A DNA stretch of 64,000 bases from an uncultured Verrucomicrobiae bacterium (GTDB taxonomy: Bacteria > Verrucomicrobiota > Verrucomicrobiia > Chthoniobacterales > JAFAMB01): the NCBI GenBank assembly GCA_963808535.1, contig CAWEGF010000025.1, positions 213,660-277,659 of the forward strand, given 5' to 3'. The translations under genes and the position numbers were made by a program. Below the pieces are notes generated by a model. It did no database searches and was not told where the DNA came from. It saw nothing but the letters and a program-made list of their open reading frames with translations. Below, one piece after another: positions 1 to 8,844 of the stretch (position 1 is the stretch's first letter; each line of letters opens with the position of its first letter).

Positions 1-494
1 TCCAGTTCCGGGGAGAAAATCTCGGCCTGGATCCGTTTCACGATGGTTCCGAGATCCGCCACGTGGTCTTGATGGGTGTGGGTCAGCAACAGATATTTCA
101 CCTTTAGTTTTGCGGTATCGACAAACGCCAGAAGGCCGCTGGCGTCCGCTCCGGTATCGAATATGGCTGCCTCTTTGGTCTCGGGATCCCAAACCAAATA
201 GGCATTCACCGTCATATCGAGCAGCGGGGTATTAAATTGTTGCGCCCCGTCAACCTCCGGCACCTCCGTCGGATACCAACTGCTCGCATAGCTGGCGGAC
301 AACGATTTTGGTCCAAGTCCAAGAGCTTCAGCGATGGCCGGGACAGCCGCCGCCGTCCCTGAGCCTTTCTTGAGAGCGCGGAGTTCCTCCAGTCCCAAAT
401 GAGCACTCTGAGAAAGGTCCTGGTCACTAACCTGCAAACCGCGCTGGGCTTTGCCCACGATATCTTCAAAAAGGTCTTCAAGAGGAATTTTCAT
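1..494 (-). CDS. MBL-fold metallo-hydrolase (partial; C-terminus runs off the window edge)
   Basis: Absent from the ORF track because it is open at the window edge. The reverse strand from ATG (cat at 492-494) reads MKIPLEDLFEDIVGKAQRG...KVKYLLLTHTHQDHVADLGTIVKRIQ. THTHQDH is the HxHxDH metal motif of the metallo-beta-lactamase fold. It starts 9 bp after the ankyrin gene stop. Confidence 0.7.
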   Translation of the reverse strand, partial: MKIPLEDLFEDIVGKAQRGLQVSDQDLSQSAHLGLEELRALKKGSGTAAAVPAIAEALGLGPKSLSASYASSWYPTEVPEVDGAQQFNTPLLDMTVNAYLVWDPETKEAAIFDTGADASGLLAFVDTAKLKVKYLLLTHTHQDHVADLGTIVKRIQAEIFSPEL

Positions 495-503
495 AAGCAG
501 GTT

Positions 504-1919
504 TCAGCCGTGGGGTTTCTTTTCCAATGTCGAGACGCGATTATCTTCGACTCGTCTAATAATGACTTGGGCCGGTCGAATATCCAAAACCTTGTAGGTG
601 TGGTCTGGATCGTTCGGAATCGAGAAAGTTTGATCCACTTCCACTCTGAGCGTCTGATCAGAATCAGGAAAAGCGAGGATCGCATATGCAGCATGCTCTT
701 GAGCCGGGACACCTTTGACTAAAGCGACATTCTGCCCCGACTTGGTGTTCCGCAACGTCACCACAGAGTCATCGACCGGATTGCCGTCTTTGTCTTCCGT
801 ACTGCGCACTTCCACATCAGTGACTTTATAGTCCAGACCTTTTAATTGATCGCCAACTGCCACGCTATATTCTTCCCCTTCGACCGGCCGGATCTTCGCT
901 TTCTTGCCACTGACTTCGCTCAGCATGATCGGCAAAAACTCTTGCCGGATTTCGACCACCGAAGCTGGCTTCGGTTGAGCAGCAGCGCCGGACCCCTTCG
1001 TGGAGCTACGTGCGCCGGTGCCTCGAGCATCGGGAGAGGCGCCCTTTGCTCCGCCCGGCAACAAGAGAAGATCCTGGTCTGACGTCGCTCCGGTCGGCTC
1101 GGTCGGCTGCCCCGGACTGCCAGACGCCACTTCTTTCGACGGAGAAGGGCCGCCCGGTGGGATCGGAGCCTTTTGCAAATGCTCCGCCACTTCCTGGTAA
1201 CCTTTCGCTTTGGCCAAGGCTCCGGCATTGGAGCCAGATTTGTCGGCCAGAGACGGGTCCGCGCCAGCCTTCAAGAAGAAAGAAACAAGATCCTTGTTCC
1301 CTTTGCTGGCCGCCAGCATCAAAGGAGTTCGTCCATCATCTGCGCGGGAATCAACCTCAGCGCCATTATCGAGCAAGATCTTCGCGATCTCCTGGTGTCC
1401 GGTCAGGGCGGCGATCAGCAGACCTCGATTGACTTCCTGACGTGAACGCGCCGCCAAAGCTTCAACGCAACCGGTGTTCCCTTGATAGACAGCTTTCATC
1501 AAAGCTGACCAGCCAGTTTGATCCTCCAGGTTCGGATCGGCATTCTTCTTCAAAAGGAGCTTAACAATCTCGGCCTGATTGTTCTCTGCCGCCAGCATAA
1601 GGGCAGTCACTCCCTGCTTACCCTGCGCGTCAACATTGGCCTTTTGTTCCAGCAACTTGTTCACCACATCGATTCGCCCGTTCTTCGCAGCAGCCATCAA
1701 GGCGGTGAACCCCGACACGCTTTGCACATTGCAATCGATGCCGGCATTGAGAAAGAGTTGAATCGCCTTTAGATCCCCTTTTTCCGCCGATTGAACAAAA
1801 TCGTCAGGGGTAAATTTTACATTAAGCTTTTCCAACTGCTCAATGGCTTGCTCCTTCGACTGGCCACATCCAAACAGGAATGCGGCCACCAAAATAGTGC
1901 ACCAGAAAGCCTTGCTCAT
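504..1919 (-). CDS. ankyrin-repeat lipoprotein with Pro/Gly/Ser-rich linker and C-terminal domain of unknown function
   Basis: 471-aa ORF. The N-terminus MSKAFWCTILVAAFLFGCGQ has a signal peptide plus lipobox Cys. There are multiple ankyrin-type repeats (GFTALMAAAKNGRIDVVNKLLEQKANVDAQ, GVTALMLAAENNQAEIVKLLLKKNADPN, GRTPLMLAASKGNKDLVSFFLKAGADPS). Its start overlaps the glgE stop by 4 bp. Confidence 0.75.
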   Translation of the reverse strand: MSKAFWCTILVAAFLFGCGQSKEQAIEQLEKLNVKFTPDDFVQSAEKGDLKAIQLFLNAGIDCNVQSVSGFTALMAAAKNGRIDVVNKLLEQKANVDAQGKQGVTALMLAAENNQAEIVKLLLKKNADPNLEDQTGWSALMKAVYQGNTGCVEALAARSRQEVNRGLLIAALTGHQEIAKILLDNGAEVDSRADDGRTPLMLAASKGNKDLVSFFLKAGADPSLADKSGSNAGALAKAKGYQEVAEHLQKAPIPPGGPSPSKEVASGSPGQPTEPTGATSDQDLLLLPGGAKGASPDARGTGARSSTKGSGAAAQPKPASVVEIRQEFLPIMLSEVSGKKAKIRPVEGEEYSVAVGDQLKGLDYKVTDVEVRSTEDKDGNPVDDSVVTLRNTKSGQNVALVKGVPAQEHAAYAILAFPDSDQTLRVEVDQTFSIPNDPDHTYKVLDIRPAQVIIRRVEDNRVSTLEKKPHG

Positions 1920-3916
1920 GCGAAGATCATCTGGGCTCCGTCCATTCCGATCATCCGGCGAACGCGAAAAACATGCGCCGGTCGGGAATGGGGGTCCAGG
2001 ATCACGAAATTACGACGCCCGCGCCAAGTGAATTTCTCGCCCGTCAACAGATCCTCCACCTGGTACGGATCAGCGCTTTCAATTTCAAAGCTTTCGATCG
2101 GAATATAGGCAAACCCGCTCTGGGAGTTGTACGGATCGACATTGACCAGAACCAGGATGACGTTGTCGAGCGCCTCGGTCGCTTTAGAGTAGAACAATAT
2201 TTGTTCGTTTTCGACGGTATGAAACCGGAGATTCTCGTACTCCCGCAAGGCTCGGTTATTATGCCGGATCGCATTGAGCTTGGTGATGTAATCTTTAATA
2301 TTGCCGGGGGCGTTCCAATCCCGTTCTTTGAATTGGTATTTTTCCGAATTGAGGTATTCCTCTCGGCCCGGGATTCCCACATTTTCACAGAGCTCGAACC
2401 CGCTATAGATTCCGTAAACCGTACTCAAGGTCGCCGCGAGAATGGCCCGGATCATAAATCCAGGCCGACCACTGTTCTGGAGGAAGAATGGCAGGATGTC
2501 CGGCGTATTAGGGAAAAAATTTCCGCGAAAGTAATATTTCATGTCGGTCTGAGTGAGTTCCGTCAGGTACTCCGTCAGCTCCCACTTACTGTTCCGCCAG
2601 GTGAAGTAGGTGTAAGACTGCGTGAATCCTCCCTTTGCCAGCGCCTTCATCATCTTGGGGCGCGTAAAGGCTTCAGCGAGAAAAATCACGTCCGGAAATT
2701 CCGCCTGAACCTCCGAGATCATCCATTCCCAAAAGGCATTCGGCTTGGTATGCGGATTGTCGACGCGGAAGATCCGAACCCCGTGCCGGGCCCAGAACAG
2801 AATCACCTCTTTCATCTCAATCCAGAGGTTTTTCCAGTCCGGATTGTAGAAGTTCAAAGGATAAACATCCTCGTACTTTTTGGGCGGATTCTCAGCGTAC
2901 TTGATCGATCCATCGGGACGATGGAAAAACCAATCCGGATGCTCCTTTACATAGGGATGATCCGGCGAACAATTGATGGCAAAATCCAGAGCGATCTCCA
3001 TCCCCCTGGCTCGCACTTCACCAACCAGCCAATCGAAATCGTCCAACGTACCAAGCTCCGGGTCCACGGCCTTGTGGCCGCCAAACTGGTTCCCGATGGC
3101 GTAAGGAACACCCGGATCACCCGGTTCGGAGGTTACGGAATTGTTCTTTCCTTTTCGCTTGGCGAACCCGATCGGGTGAATAGGGGGAAAATAGATCACA
3201 TCGAATCCCATCGCCTTGGCGTCGTCCACCCGGCCGAGGCAATCGCGAAACTTCGATCCAGTATTCGGCAGGCCTTCCGCGCACCTGGGAAAAAATTCGT
3301 ACCAAGCCGCAAAGAGCGCTTCCGAACGATCCACGGTGACTCGAAGATATGGTTTCAACTCCGTACTGAGTTCCAGATCCGGCCAAGCGCCCATTAATCC
3401 GGACAACTCAGGATTCTTAGCGAGTTGCGCACCGAAATGAACATCCGCATTCTTGAGCTGCTTAGCAAAGAGCGCCAACCGCTCCTTATCTTGTCTGCGC
3501 GTGGCTCGTTCCACCGCCCGTTGGACCAGGATTGAACCTTCTTCAATCTCAGTTCGGAGGTCCGTCTGACCGGCGGCATATTTCTTGGCATATTCGACCT
3601 GCCATGATTTGAAGTGATCTTCCCACGCCTCAATCGTGTACTCGTGCGGAGCATTTTCGATGAAATGACAAACGCCTTCCCAACGGTCATTCTCGGTCGG
3701 AGACATCGGTGTCCGATTCCAATCCGCACTCCCTGCTCGCCGCCACTTGAGAATCGCGGCAACTTGATCATGACCATCTTTGAAGATATCAGCCGAAACA
3801 TTCAGCGCTTGTCCGACAACCCTCTTGATAGGATAACGGCCTCCATCGAGGCAAGGTTCAACGTTTTCGATGACAACGGTTTGCATCCGTTCCAAATCAG
3901 TAGTTTTTGTAGTCAC
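1916..3916 (-). CDS. glgE: alpha-1,4-glucan:maltose-1-phosphate maltosyltransferase (GH13, GlgE family)
   Basis: 666-aa ORF. N-terminal VVIENVEPCLDGGRYPIKRVVGQ is typical of the GlgE N-domain. GH13 blocks are present: GFDVIYFPPIHPIG, GMEIALDFAINCSPDHPYV, RIFRVDNPHTKP, VIFLAEAFTRPKMM, FFPNTPDILP. Confidence 0.85.
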   Translation of the reverse strand: MTTKTTDLERMQTVVIENVEPCLDGGRYPIKRVVGQALNVSADIFKDGHDQVAAILKWRRAGSADWNRTPMSPTENDRWEGVCHFIENAPHEYTIEAWEDHFKSWQVEYAKKYAAGQTDLRTEIEEGSILVQRAVERATRRQDKERLALFAKQLKNADVHFGAQLAKNPELSGLMGAWPDLELSTELKPYLRVTVDRSEALFAAWYEFFPRCAEGLPNTGSKFRDCLGRVDDAKAMGFDVIYFPPIHPIGFAKRKGKNNSVTSEPGDPGVPYAIGNQFGGHKAVDPELGTLDDFDWLVGEVRARGMEIALDFAINCSPDHPYVKEHPDWFFHRPDGSIKYAENPPKKYEDVYPLNFYNPDWKNLWIEMKEVILFWARHGVRIFRVDNPHTKPNAFWEWMISEVQAEFPDVIFLAEAFTRPKMMKALAKGGFTQSYTYFTWRNSKWELTEYLTELTQTDMKYYFRGNFFPNTPDILPFFLQNSGRPGFMIRAILAATLSTVYGIYSGFELCENVGIPGREEYLNSEKYQFKERDWNAPGNIKDYITKLNAIRHNNRALREYENLRFHTVENEQILFYSKATEALDNVILVLVNVDPYNSQSGFAYIPIESFEIESADPYQVEDLLTGEKFTWRGRRNFVILDPHSRPAHVFRVRRMIGMDGAQMIFA

Positions 3917-4920
3917 GCGAGTCGGATCCTGGGTTTGGGTCTATCCGGAAGACTGGTTAAAAATTCTACCAAGAAACTAAAGTTCTCTGCGAGGGAAGCA
4001 ACTTCGATCAGCGTCTTTATAGCTGGTTGAATGTGGCGGAGAAACTCCTTTTTTTCGCGGAGAACTCCGATCACCCCATACGCCCCGAGCGCCTGCATAA
4101 GACGCTGAATCCCACACTCCAGGTAGGTCCTTTCGAATTCCGCAAAGGTCCAGCCAAGGGCGTTCCGGTCAAAGTAATACCTTAAAAGATGAGCGCGTTC
4201 CTGCTGCGCCAGGGCCACATAAGGATCCAAGAGTAAAGAAGCCAGATCATATTGCGGCAGGCCGAGACGCAGTCCCTGAAAATCAATCAGATAGGCCTGG
4301 GTATCCCAGGTAATGATATTCTGCGATTGAAAATCACGGTGGACCAAAATCCGCCGGTGAGAACCTAAACGTTTGGCGAGATTTTCGAACGCGGGATGAG
4401 TCCGCAAATTATCTATCTTGGTCGCCGGAATTTGAAAATAAAGCCCAAAACAGTTTTCCAAACCGTAATTCTGTTCCCACCGATAGAGCGATTCGTCGAA
4501 TCCAGGTTGCAGGTGTAATTTCTCCCCAAGCACCGGTTCTGAGCGGTGCAAGATTGCGATCTGATCCAAAGCGGCTTCATAGAAGCGGCAGCGGGTGGTC
4601 CAAGGCTCATTCCGGTGGTGCCAGAGGTCTTCCTCACCAAGGTCCTGCATCCAGATCAGCGCCTGATCCTGGTCATGATGGTAAATCAAAGGCGCGTTAA
4701 CTCCGATCCCGTTCAGGAAATTCGCGATCGCCACGAAGCGTTCGTTCTCCGGTTTCCCGGGATCGTACTTTACCAGGATCAGCGAATGATCCGCGCTGAG
4801 ACGCACCCGGTAGTAATGCCGATCCGAGCCTCCTTTTTCCAAGGGCAAAATTTCTACCTTGGATTCTTGGTAGTGCGGAAAACGCTCACGAGTTTGATCG
4901 ACCAGTCTCTCCAGGCTCAT
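3913..4920 (-). CDS. aminoglycoside-phosphotransferase-fold sugar anomeric kinase (AmgK-like; maltokinase-like role not excluded)
   Basis: 335-aa ORF. It has the GGSDRHYYRV nucleotide loop region, the catalytic HRDFQSQNII, and LIDFQGLRLGLPQYDLASLLLDPYV, which resembles the AmgK/APH family Brenner and DFG-like motifs. It has 4-bp overlaps with both neighbouring genes. Confidence 0.6.
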   Translation of the reverse strand: MSLERLVDQTRERFPHYQESKVEILPLEKGGSDRHYYRVRLSADHSLILVKYDPGKPENERFVAIANFLNGIGVNAPLIYHHDQDQALIWMQDLGEEDLWHHRNEPWTTRCRFYEAALDQIAILHRSEPVLGEKLHLQPGFDESLYRWEQNYGLENCFGLYFQIPATKIDNLRTHPAFENLAKRLGSHRRILVHRDFQSQNIITWDTQAYLIDFQGLRLGLPQYDLASLLLDPYVALAQQERAHLLRYYFDRNALGWTFAEFERTYLECGIQRLMQALGAYGVIGVLREKKEFLRHIQPAIKTLIEVASLAENFSFLVEFLTSLPDRPKPRIRLA

Positions 4921-5882
4921 ACGAAATCGGTCTCCAGAAAAACGCCGGGCGCCATCTTGACGCCCGCCACGACGCAGGATCGCAGCCTCGTGCCGCGAGG
5001 AACAAATGAATCAGGAAATAAAATCGAATCCTCCAGAAGGACATCATCCTCGACCAAGCACCGAGCTCCGACGTAAGATCCCCCGATAATCTGGCATCCG
5101 GGCGAAATCTCTGCCGAAGGGTCAACCTGGGTCGGCCAGGGACCGTCCCGTAGGTAGTCAGGTACCCAATGGTCCTGGGCCATAATCCGATGGGCAGAGA
5201 GGTATTCTTTTCTGGAGCCGAGGTTAAACCAGCGGCTCTCCTGCAGGGGCATCCCGCCGATTTGGCCGCCGGATTTCATCCATTCAATGAGAATCGGGAC
5301 AAATGAAATTTTGGCGCCAATTGGGATTCGAGAAAAAACGGAAGGGTTCCAGACCGAAATACCGGCGAAATCGTAGTCGCCCGGTTCGCCCGTCCCAAGC
5401 GCCCCCAGCAGATCGATCACGCGGCCCGTTTGCGGCCGCCAATGGACGCCTCTCGCCAACTCCGTAGTTCGCAAGGCCAGCGTGACATCGTTGCGCTTGG
5501 TAAAGTGTTCTTCGACCAGCCGGTCGAGAGGCAAGTCGGTCAGGATATCGCCGCTATAGACGATAAAAACTTCATCCCCAATTCGATCCTCAATGTTTTT
5601 GATCCCGCCTCCCGTCTCCAGCAAGTTCGCCTCTAGAACCAGCTCGAGAGGGATCCCGCGATATTCGTTCTGTGGGAACTCGGCAGAAAATTTTTCCGCC
5701 AAATGGTGCGCGTTAACCCAGAAACTTTCAATGCCAGCCTGTCGCAAATGGTCTAGGGCAAAGGTGATGAGGGGTTTTCCAAAAATTGGCAGTAAGGGTT
5801 TCGGCAACAGGTTCGTCAGCGGCCGAAGCCGAGTCCCTAATCCCGCCCCTAGCACGAACGCCTTGCGAACACGATGAATCAT
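4917..5882 (-). CDS. sugar-1-phosphate nucleotidyltransferase (MurU/GlmU-N-like) with C-terminal left-handed beta-helix-like tail
   Basis: The ORF track gives 4917..5927. I prefer the internal start MIHRVRKAFVLGAGLGTRLRPLTNLLPKPLLPI, which places the GxGxRLxPLTxxxPKP signature at its usual distance from the N-terminus. ETGGGIKN and YSGDILTD motifs are present. Confidence 0.6.
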   Translation of the reverse strand: MIHRVRKAFVLGAGLGTRLRPLTNLLPKPLLPIFGKPLITFALDHLRQAGIESFWVNAHHLAEKFSAEFPQNEYRGIPLELVLEANLLETGGGIKNIEDRIGDEVFIVYSGDILTDLPLDRLVEEHFTKRNDVTLALRTTELARGVHWRPQTGRVIDLLGALGTGEPGDYDFAGISVWNPSVFSRIPIGAKISFVPILIEWMKSGGQIGGMPLQESRWFNLGSRKEYLSAHRIMAQDHWVPDYLRDGPWPTQVDPSAEISPGCQIIGGSYVGARCLVEDDVLLEDSILFPDSFVPRGTRLRSCVVAGVKMAPGVFLETDFV

Positions 5883-5980
5883 CAACGGTTCGGAACCTAT
5901 CGGGCGAAGATATCCGGTGTAAAGCAATTAGGCCTTTCGGGTTGGTCCGTTCCGATTGACTTCAGGCGTTGAACTGGTAA

Positions 5981-7162
5981 ATGGGCACAAACGCGATAAG
6001 TACGATGAACGTCCCGCTACTGGCTGTTTTCTCTCTTTGCTTAGCAACCACCACCCTTTTTGGCGAAGATTCCGGCGGACCAGTGATCACGGTTCGGAAA
6101 GGGACCTCCCAGCAAGTTGAGATAAAACAGATCAGCGGACCGGCCGGCAGCACGGCGACCAGCGTCTTGCAAAACGATATCTTGCTTTCCGGTGAGCTCT
6201 CACTCGGTGACGCCGCTTCGGCTACGCTCACGGTCAGCGGCACCACTTCGCCAGATTCTTTCAGTGGCCTTGCGACCGACAAATCGGGTGGCGTGGTATT
6301 GAGAAAAGTTTACTCCGGAGAGACGCGTCACTCAGTTCACCAATTTACCAACGACTTGATAGAAACGGTGACTGGGCAAAAAGGGATCGCGCTCTCCAAA
6401 GTCGCTTTCGTGGCCGATCGCACCGGACACAAAGAGATTTATACCTGCGATTACGACGGAGCGCGCACCGTGCAACTCACCCACGACGGCGCGATCAGTG
6501 TAAGTCCGGCCTTATCCATCGACGGACGGAGGCTCGCCTATACCGGCTACCAAAGCGGCTATGCCGATATTTACCTGGTCGACTTGAGCAGCGGTTCGCG
6601 CATTCGCCTCATCAAATTCCCCGGAACCAACTCCGGGGCCGCCATCTCTCCAGACGGTACCCGGATCGCCTGCACGATGAGCAAAGATGGAAATCCGGCG
6701 ATCTATGTGGTCGGGATCAATGGCGATTCGCCTCGCCGCTTGACGCGAAGTCGCGGCGTAGAGTCCTCCCCGACCTGGTCGCCCAACGGATCCGAAATTA
6801 TTTACTCTTCGGATGAAAGAGGAGGGCCACAGCTTTACCGCATCTCGGCTGAGGGCGGCTCGGGCCGCTTACTCTCGACGGGGTTCGGCTACAACACCCA
6901 GCCGAATTGGTCGCCGGACGGTCGAAAAATTACTTTCAACGTCCGGAGTGGCGGCGGTTTTCAAGTCGCCATCCTTGATCTCGACTCCGGATCAACCCGC
7001 GTCGCGGTGTCCGACGGCGGGAATCCGGTTTGGGGTCCTGATTCGCGCCATATTATTTTTTCCAGGGGGACTGGGCTTTATTTATTTGATATTGTCACCG
7101 GGCGCGAGACACGCCTGGTAAGTGATCTCGGGCAAATCTCTGAGCCCACCTGGTCCCGTTGA
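5981..7162 (+). CDS. tolB: TolB-like periplasmic beta-propeller protein
   Basis: 393 aa with a signal-like N-terminus. It has repeated WD40-like beta-propeller units with the SP(D/N)G signature (ISPDGTRIA, WSPNGSEII, WSPDGRKITF, WGPDSRHIIF). pal lies immediately downstream. The alternative start at 6005 (MNVPLLAVF) is also possible. Confidence 0.8.
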   Translation: MGTNAISTMNVPLLAVFSLCLATTTLFGEDSGGPVITVRKGTSQQVEIKQISGPAGSTATSVLQNDILLSGELSLGDAASATLTVSGTTSPDSFSGLATDKSGGVVLRKVYSGETRHSVHQFTNDLIETVTGQKGIALSKVAFVADRTGHKEIYTCDYDGARTVQLTHDGAISVSPALSIDGRRLAYTGYQSGYADIYLVDLSSGSRIRLIKFPGTNSGAAISPDGTRIACTMSKDGNPAIYVVGINGDSPRRLTRSRGVESSPTWSPNGSEIIYSSDERGGPQLYRISAEGGSGRLLSTGFGYNTQPNWSPDGRKITFNVRSGGGFQVAILDLDSGSTRVAVSDGGNPVWGPDSRHIIFSRGTGLYLFDIVTGRETRLVSDLGQISEPTWSR

Positions 7163-7182
7163 AACCTCCAACTATTTCTCTG

Positions 7183-7677
7183 ATGAAAAAATTTCAAATT
7201 TTCTGCTGCTTGCTGACCCTGAGCCTGGCGGCCTGTCAAAAACAACAAAAGCAAGAATACACTGGAGTGGAAGGCGACAACGTCAACGGCACTCCGCTTC
7301 CTCCGCGCCAGGAAGGCGTCTCTTTTTTCAGCAACAACGTCACCAAGGGACAATTTCAGCCGATTTATTTCGCTTTCGACAGCTTTGAGATTGCCGCGGA
7401 CGAAGGAAATACATTGCGACAAATTGCTAGTTTTTTAAAGACCGCGCACAATAACATCATTCTGGCTGGGTTCACTGATGAAAGAGGGACGCCGGAATAC
7501 AATCGCGGGCTCGGGGAGCGTCGAGCCCAGGCCGCCCGCAATTTTCTACTTTCGCTCGGGGTTTCGGCTAGCCGCATCCAGACGGTCAGCTTTGGCCAGG
7601 AAATGCCTGCCAATCCGGGGCATGACGAATCCGCTTGGGCGAAAAATCGCCGGGTTGAAACTGGCGTGGTCCGTTGA
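7183..7677 (+). CDS. pal: peptidoglycan-associated lipoprotein (OmpA-family C-terminal domain)
   Basis: MKKFQIFCCLLTLSLAACQ carries a lipobox. OmpA-like motifs are present: FAFDSFEI, GFTDERGTPEYNRGLGERRAQAARNFL, NRRVE. The track start is TTG 7159; I prefer ATG 7183. Confidence 0.85.
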   Translation: MKKFQIFCCLLTLSLAACQKQQKQEYTGVEGDNVNGTPLPPRQEGVSFFSNNVTKGQFQPIYFAFDSFEIAADEGNTLRQIASFLKTAHNNIILAGFTDERGTPEYNRGLGERRAQAARNFLLSLGVSASRIQTVSFGQEMPANPGHDESAWAKNRRVETGVVR

Positions 7678-7757
7678 ACCGCCGATCCGCCCGCCCGTTT
7701 TCCCTTTCTTTCTCTGCCAGCTTGGAGTTTGATCCGCTATTGCAGAGTAAAGGTTGA

Positions 7758-8345
7758 ATGGACGACCAGAACTTGCCCGACGATGAAACGTTGGTTCGCC
7801 AGACGCAGAACGGCGACACTCGGGCCTTCGACCTTCTCTGGCAAAAATACAGCCCGAGAATTTATTCGTTGATCTACAACATGACAGCGAACCATGAGGA
7901 TGCGAACGACCTCTTGCTGGAAGTCTTCGCCAAGGCCTACCGCTCGATCAATGGGTTTCGAGGCAAATCAAGTTTCTACACCTGGATCCACGCCATCGCT
8001 GTCAACATGACGATCAATTTCGTGAAGAAACGCGGCCGGCGTTTTCAGATGAGCCTGGACGACATGGACGCCAACGTGCAGAATGACAAGGATTTCATAG
8101 ATGCAACGGCTGCGAACACCCCGATACGCGAAGTTGATCTGGCAGAACTTCAGCAGAGATTGAACGAAGCTCTAATGAAGCTGTCTGTTGAGCATAGAGC
8201 AGTGGTGACAATGTTTGACATTCAAGGCATGGCCCATGCGGAGATTGCAAAAATCCTCGGTATCCCCGAGGCTACAGTGCGCTCTCGGCTATTCTATGCA
8301 CATCGGCAGTTGCAGAATTACCTCGAGGAGTTTAGAAAGAAATGA
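7758..8345 (+). CDS. ECF-type RNA polymerase sigma-70 family factor
   Basis: 195 aa. Region 2 (FDLLWQKYSPRIYSLIYNMTANHEDANDLLLEVF, FYTWIHAIAVN) and the region 4 HTH (AHAEIAKILGIPEATVRSRLFYAHRQL) are both present. Confidence 0.85.
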   Translation: MDDQNLPDDETLVRQTQNGDTRAFDLLWQKYSPRIYSLIYNMTANHEDANDLLLEVFAKAYRSINGFRGKSSFYTWIHAIAVNMTINFVKKRGRRFQMSLDDMDANVQNDKDFIDATAANTPIREVDLAELQQRLNEALMKLSVEHRAVVTMFDIQGMAHAEIAKILGIPEATVRSRLFYAHRQLQNYLEEFRKK

Positions 8346-8839
8346 TGCTCGACGAACAGCAGCTTCAGAAATTGCTTCGGCTCAAACGATTCGAGCAGCC
8401 ACCCCCAGGATATTTCGACCGGGCTTTAAACGAATTTCATCGACGTCAGCGCCAAGAGCTGTTGCGGCGTTCCGCAATCCAGATCTGGTTTGAGCGTCTC
8501 GTTTCGGGCCTTTGGAGTTTTCGTGTACCAACCTACGCTTACGGCGCGGCGTTTGGTGCCTTCCTGGTGGCTGCCACGATTGTTGGTTCGGGTGTGTGGG
8601 CTCCCTATACAGACACCGCGGAGCACGGTTCCGTCCTGGCCAGAGTGGCTTCCAGTCCTCCAGCGATGGAGCTTTCCTCCAACCGTTTGGCATTGAACGG
8701 AAATGTTGACTGGTCGAAATTCGATCGTACTTCCACCTCACCCCGTGTCGTTCCTGTTCTCGGACCCTCACAAAGCGCACTTCCTCGTTATGTCCTCGAC
8801 GGTAGGCCCGTCAGTTACGAAGCTTCGTTTAGCTTTTAA
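8342..8839 (+). CDS. putative anti-sigma factor / single-pass membrane protein
   Basis: 165 aa. It is translationally coupled (ATGA overlap) to the ECF sigma gene. It has a charged N-terminal region followed by one hydrophobic helix (YAYGAAFGAFLVAATIVGSGVW). No recognisable zinc-finger anti-sigma motif; the call rests on position only. Confidence 0.4.
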   Translation: MMLDEQQLQKLLRLKRFEQPPPGYFDRALNEFHRRQRQELLRRSAIQIWFERLVSGLWSFRVPTYAYGAAFGAFLVAATIVGSGVWAPYTDTAEHGSVLARVASSPPAMELSSNRLALNGNVDWSKFDRTSTSPRVVPVLGPSQSALPRYVLDGRPVSYEASFSF

Positions 8840-8844
8840 CCTTA

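Noticed and set aside
1973-3397. 474-aa ORF on the plus strand
   Set aside because: It lies entirely antisense to glgE, whose GH13 motifs are unambiguous. The product is Arg/Pro-rich with no recognisable motifs, a typical shadow ORF of a GC-rich gene.
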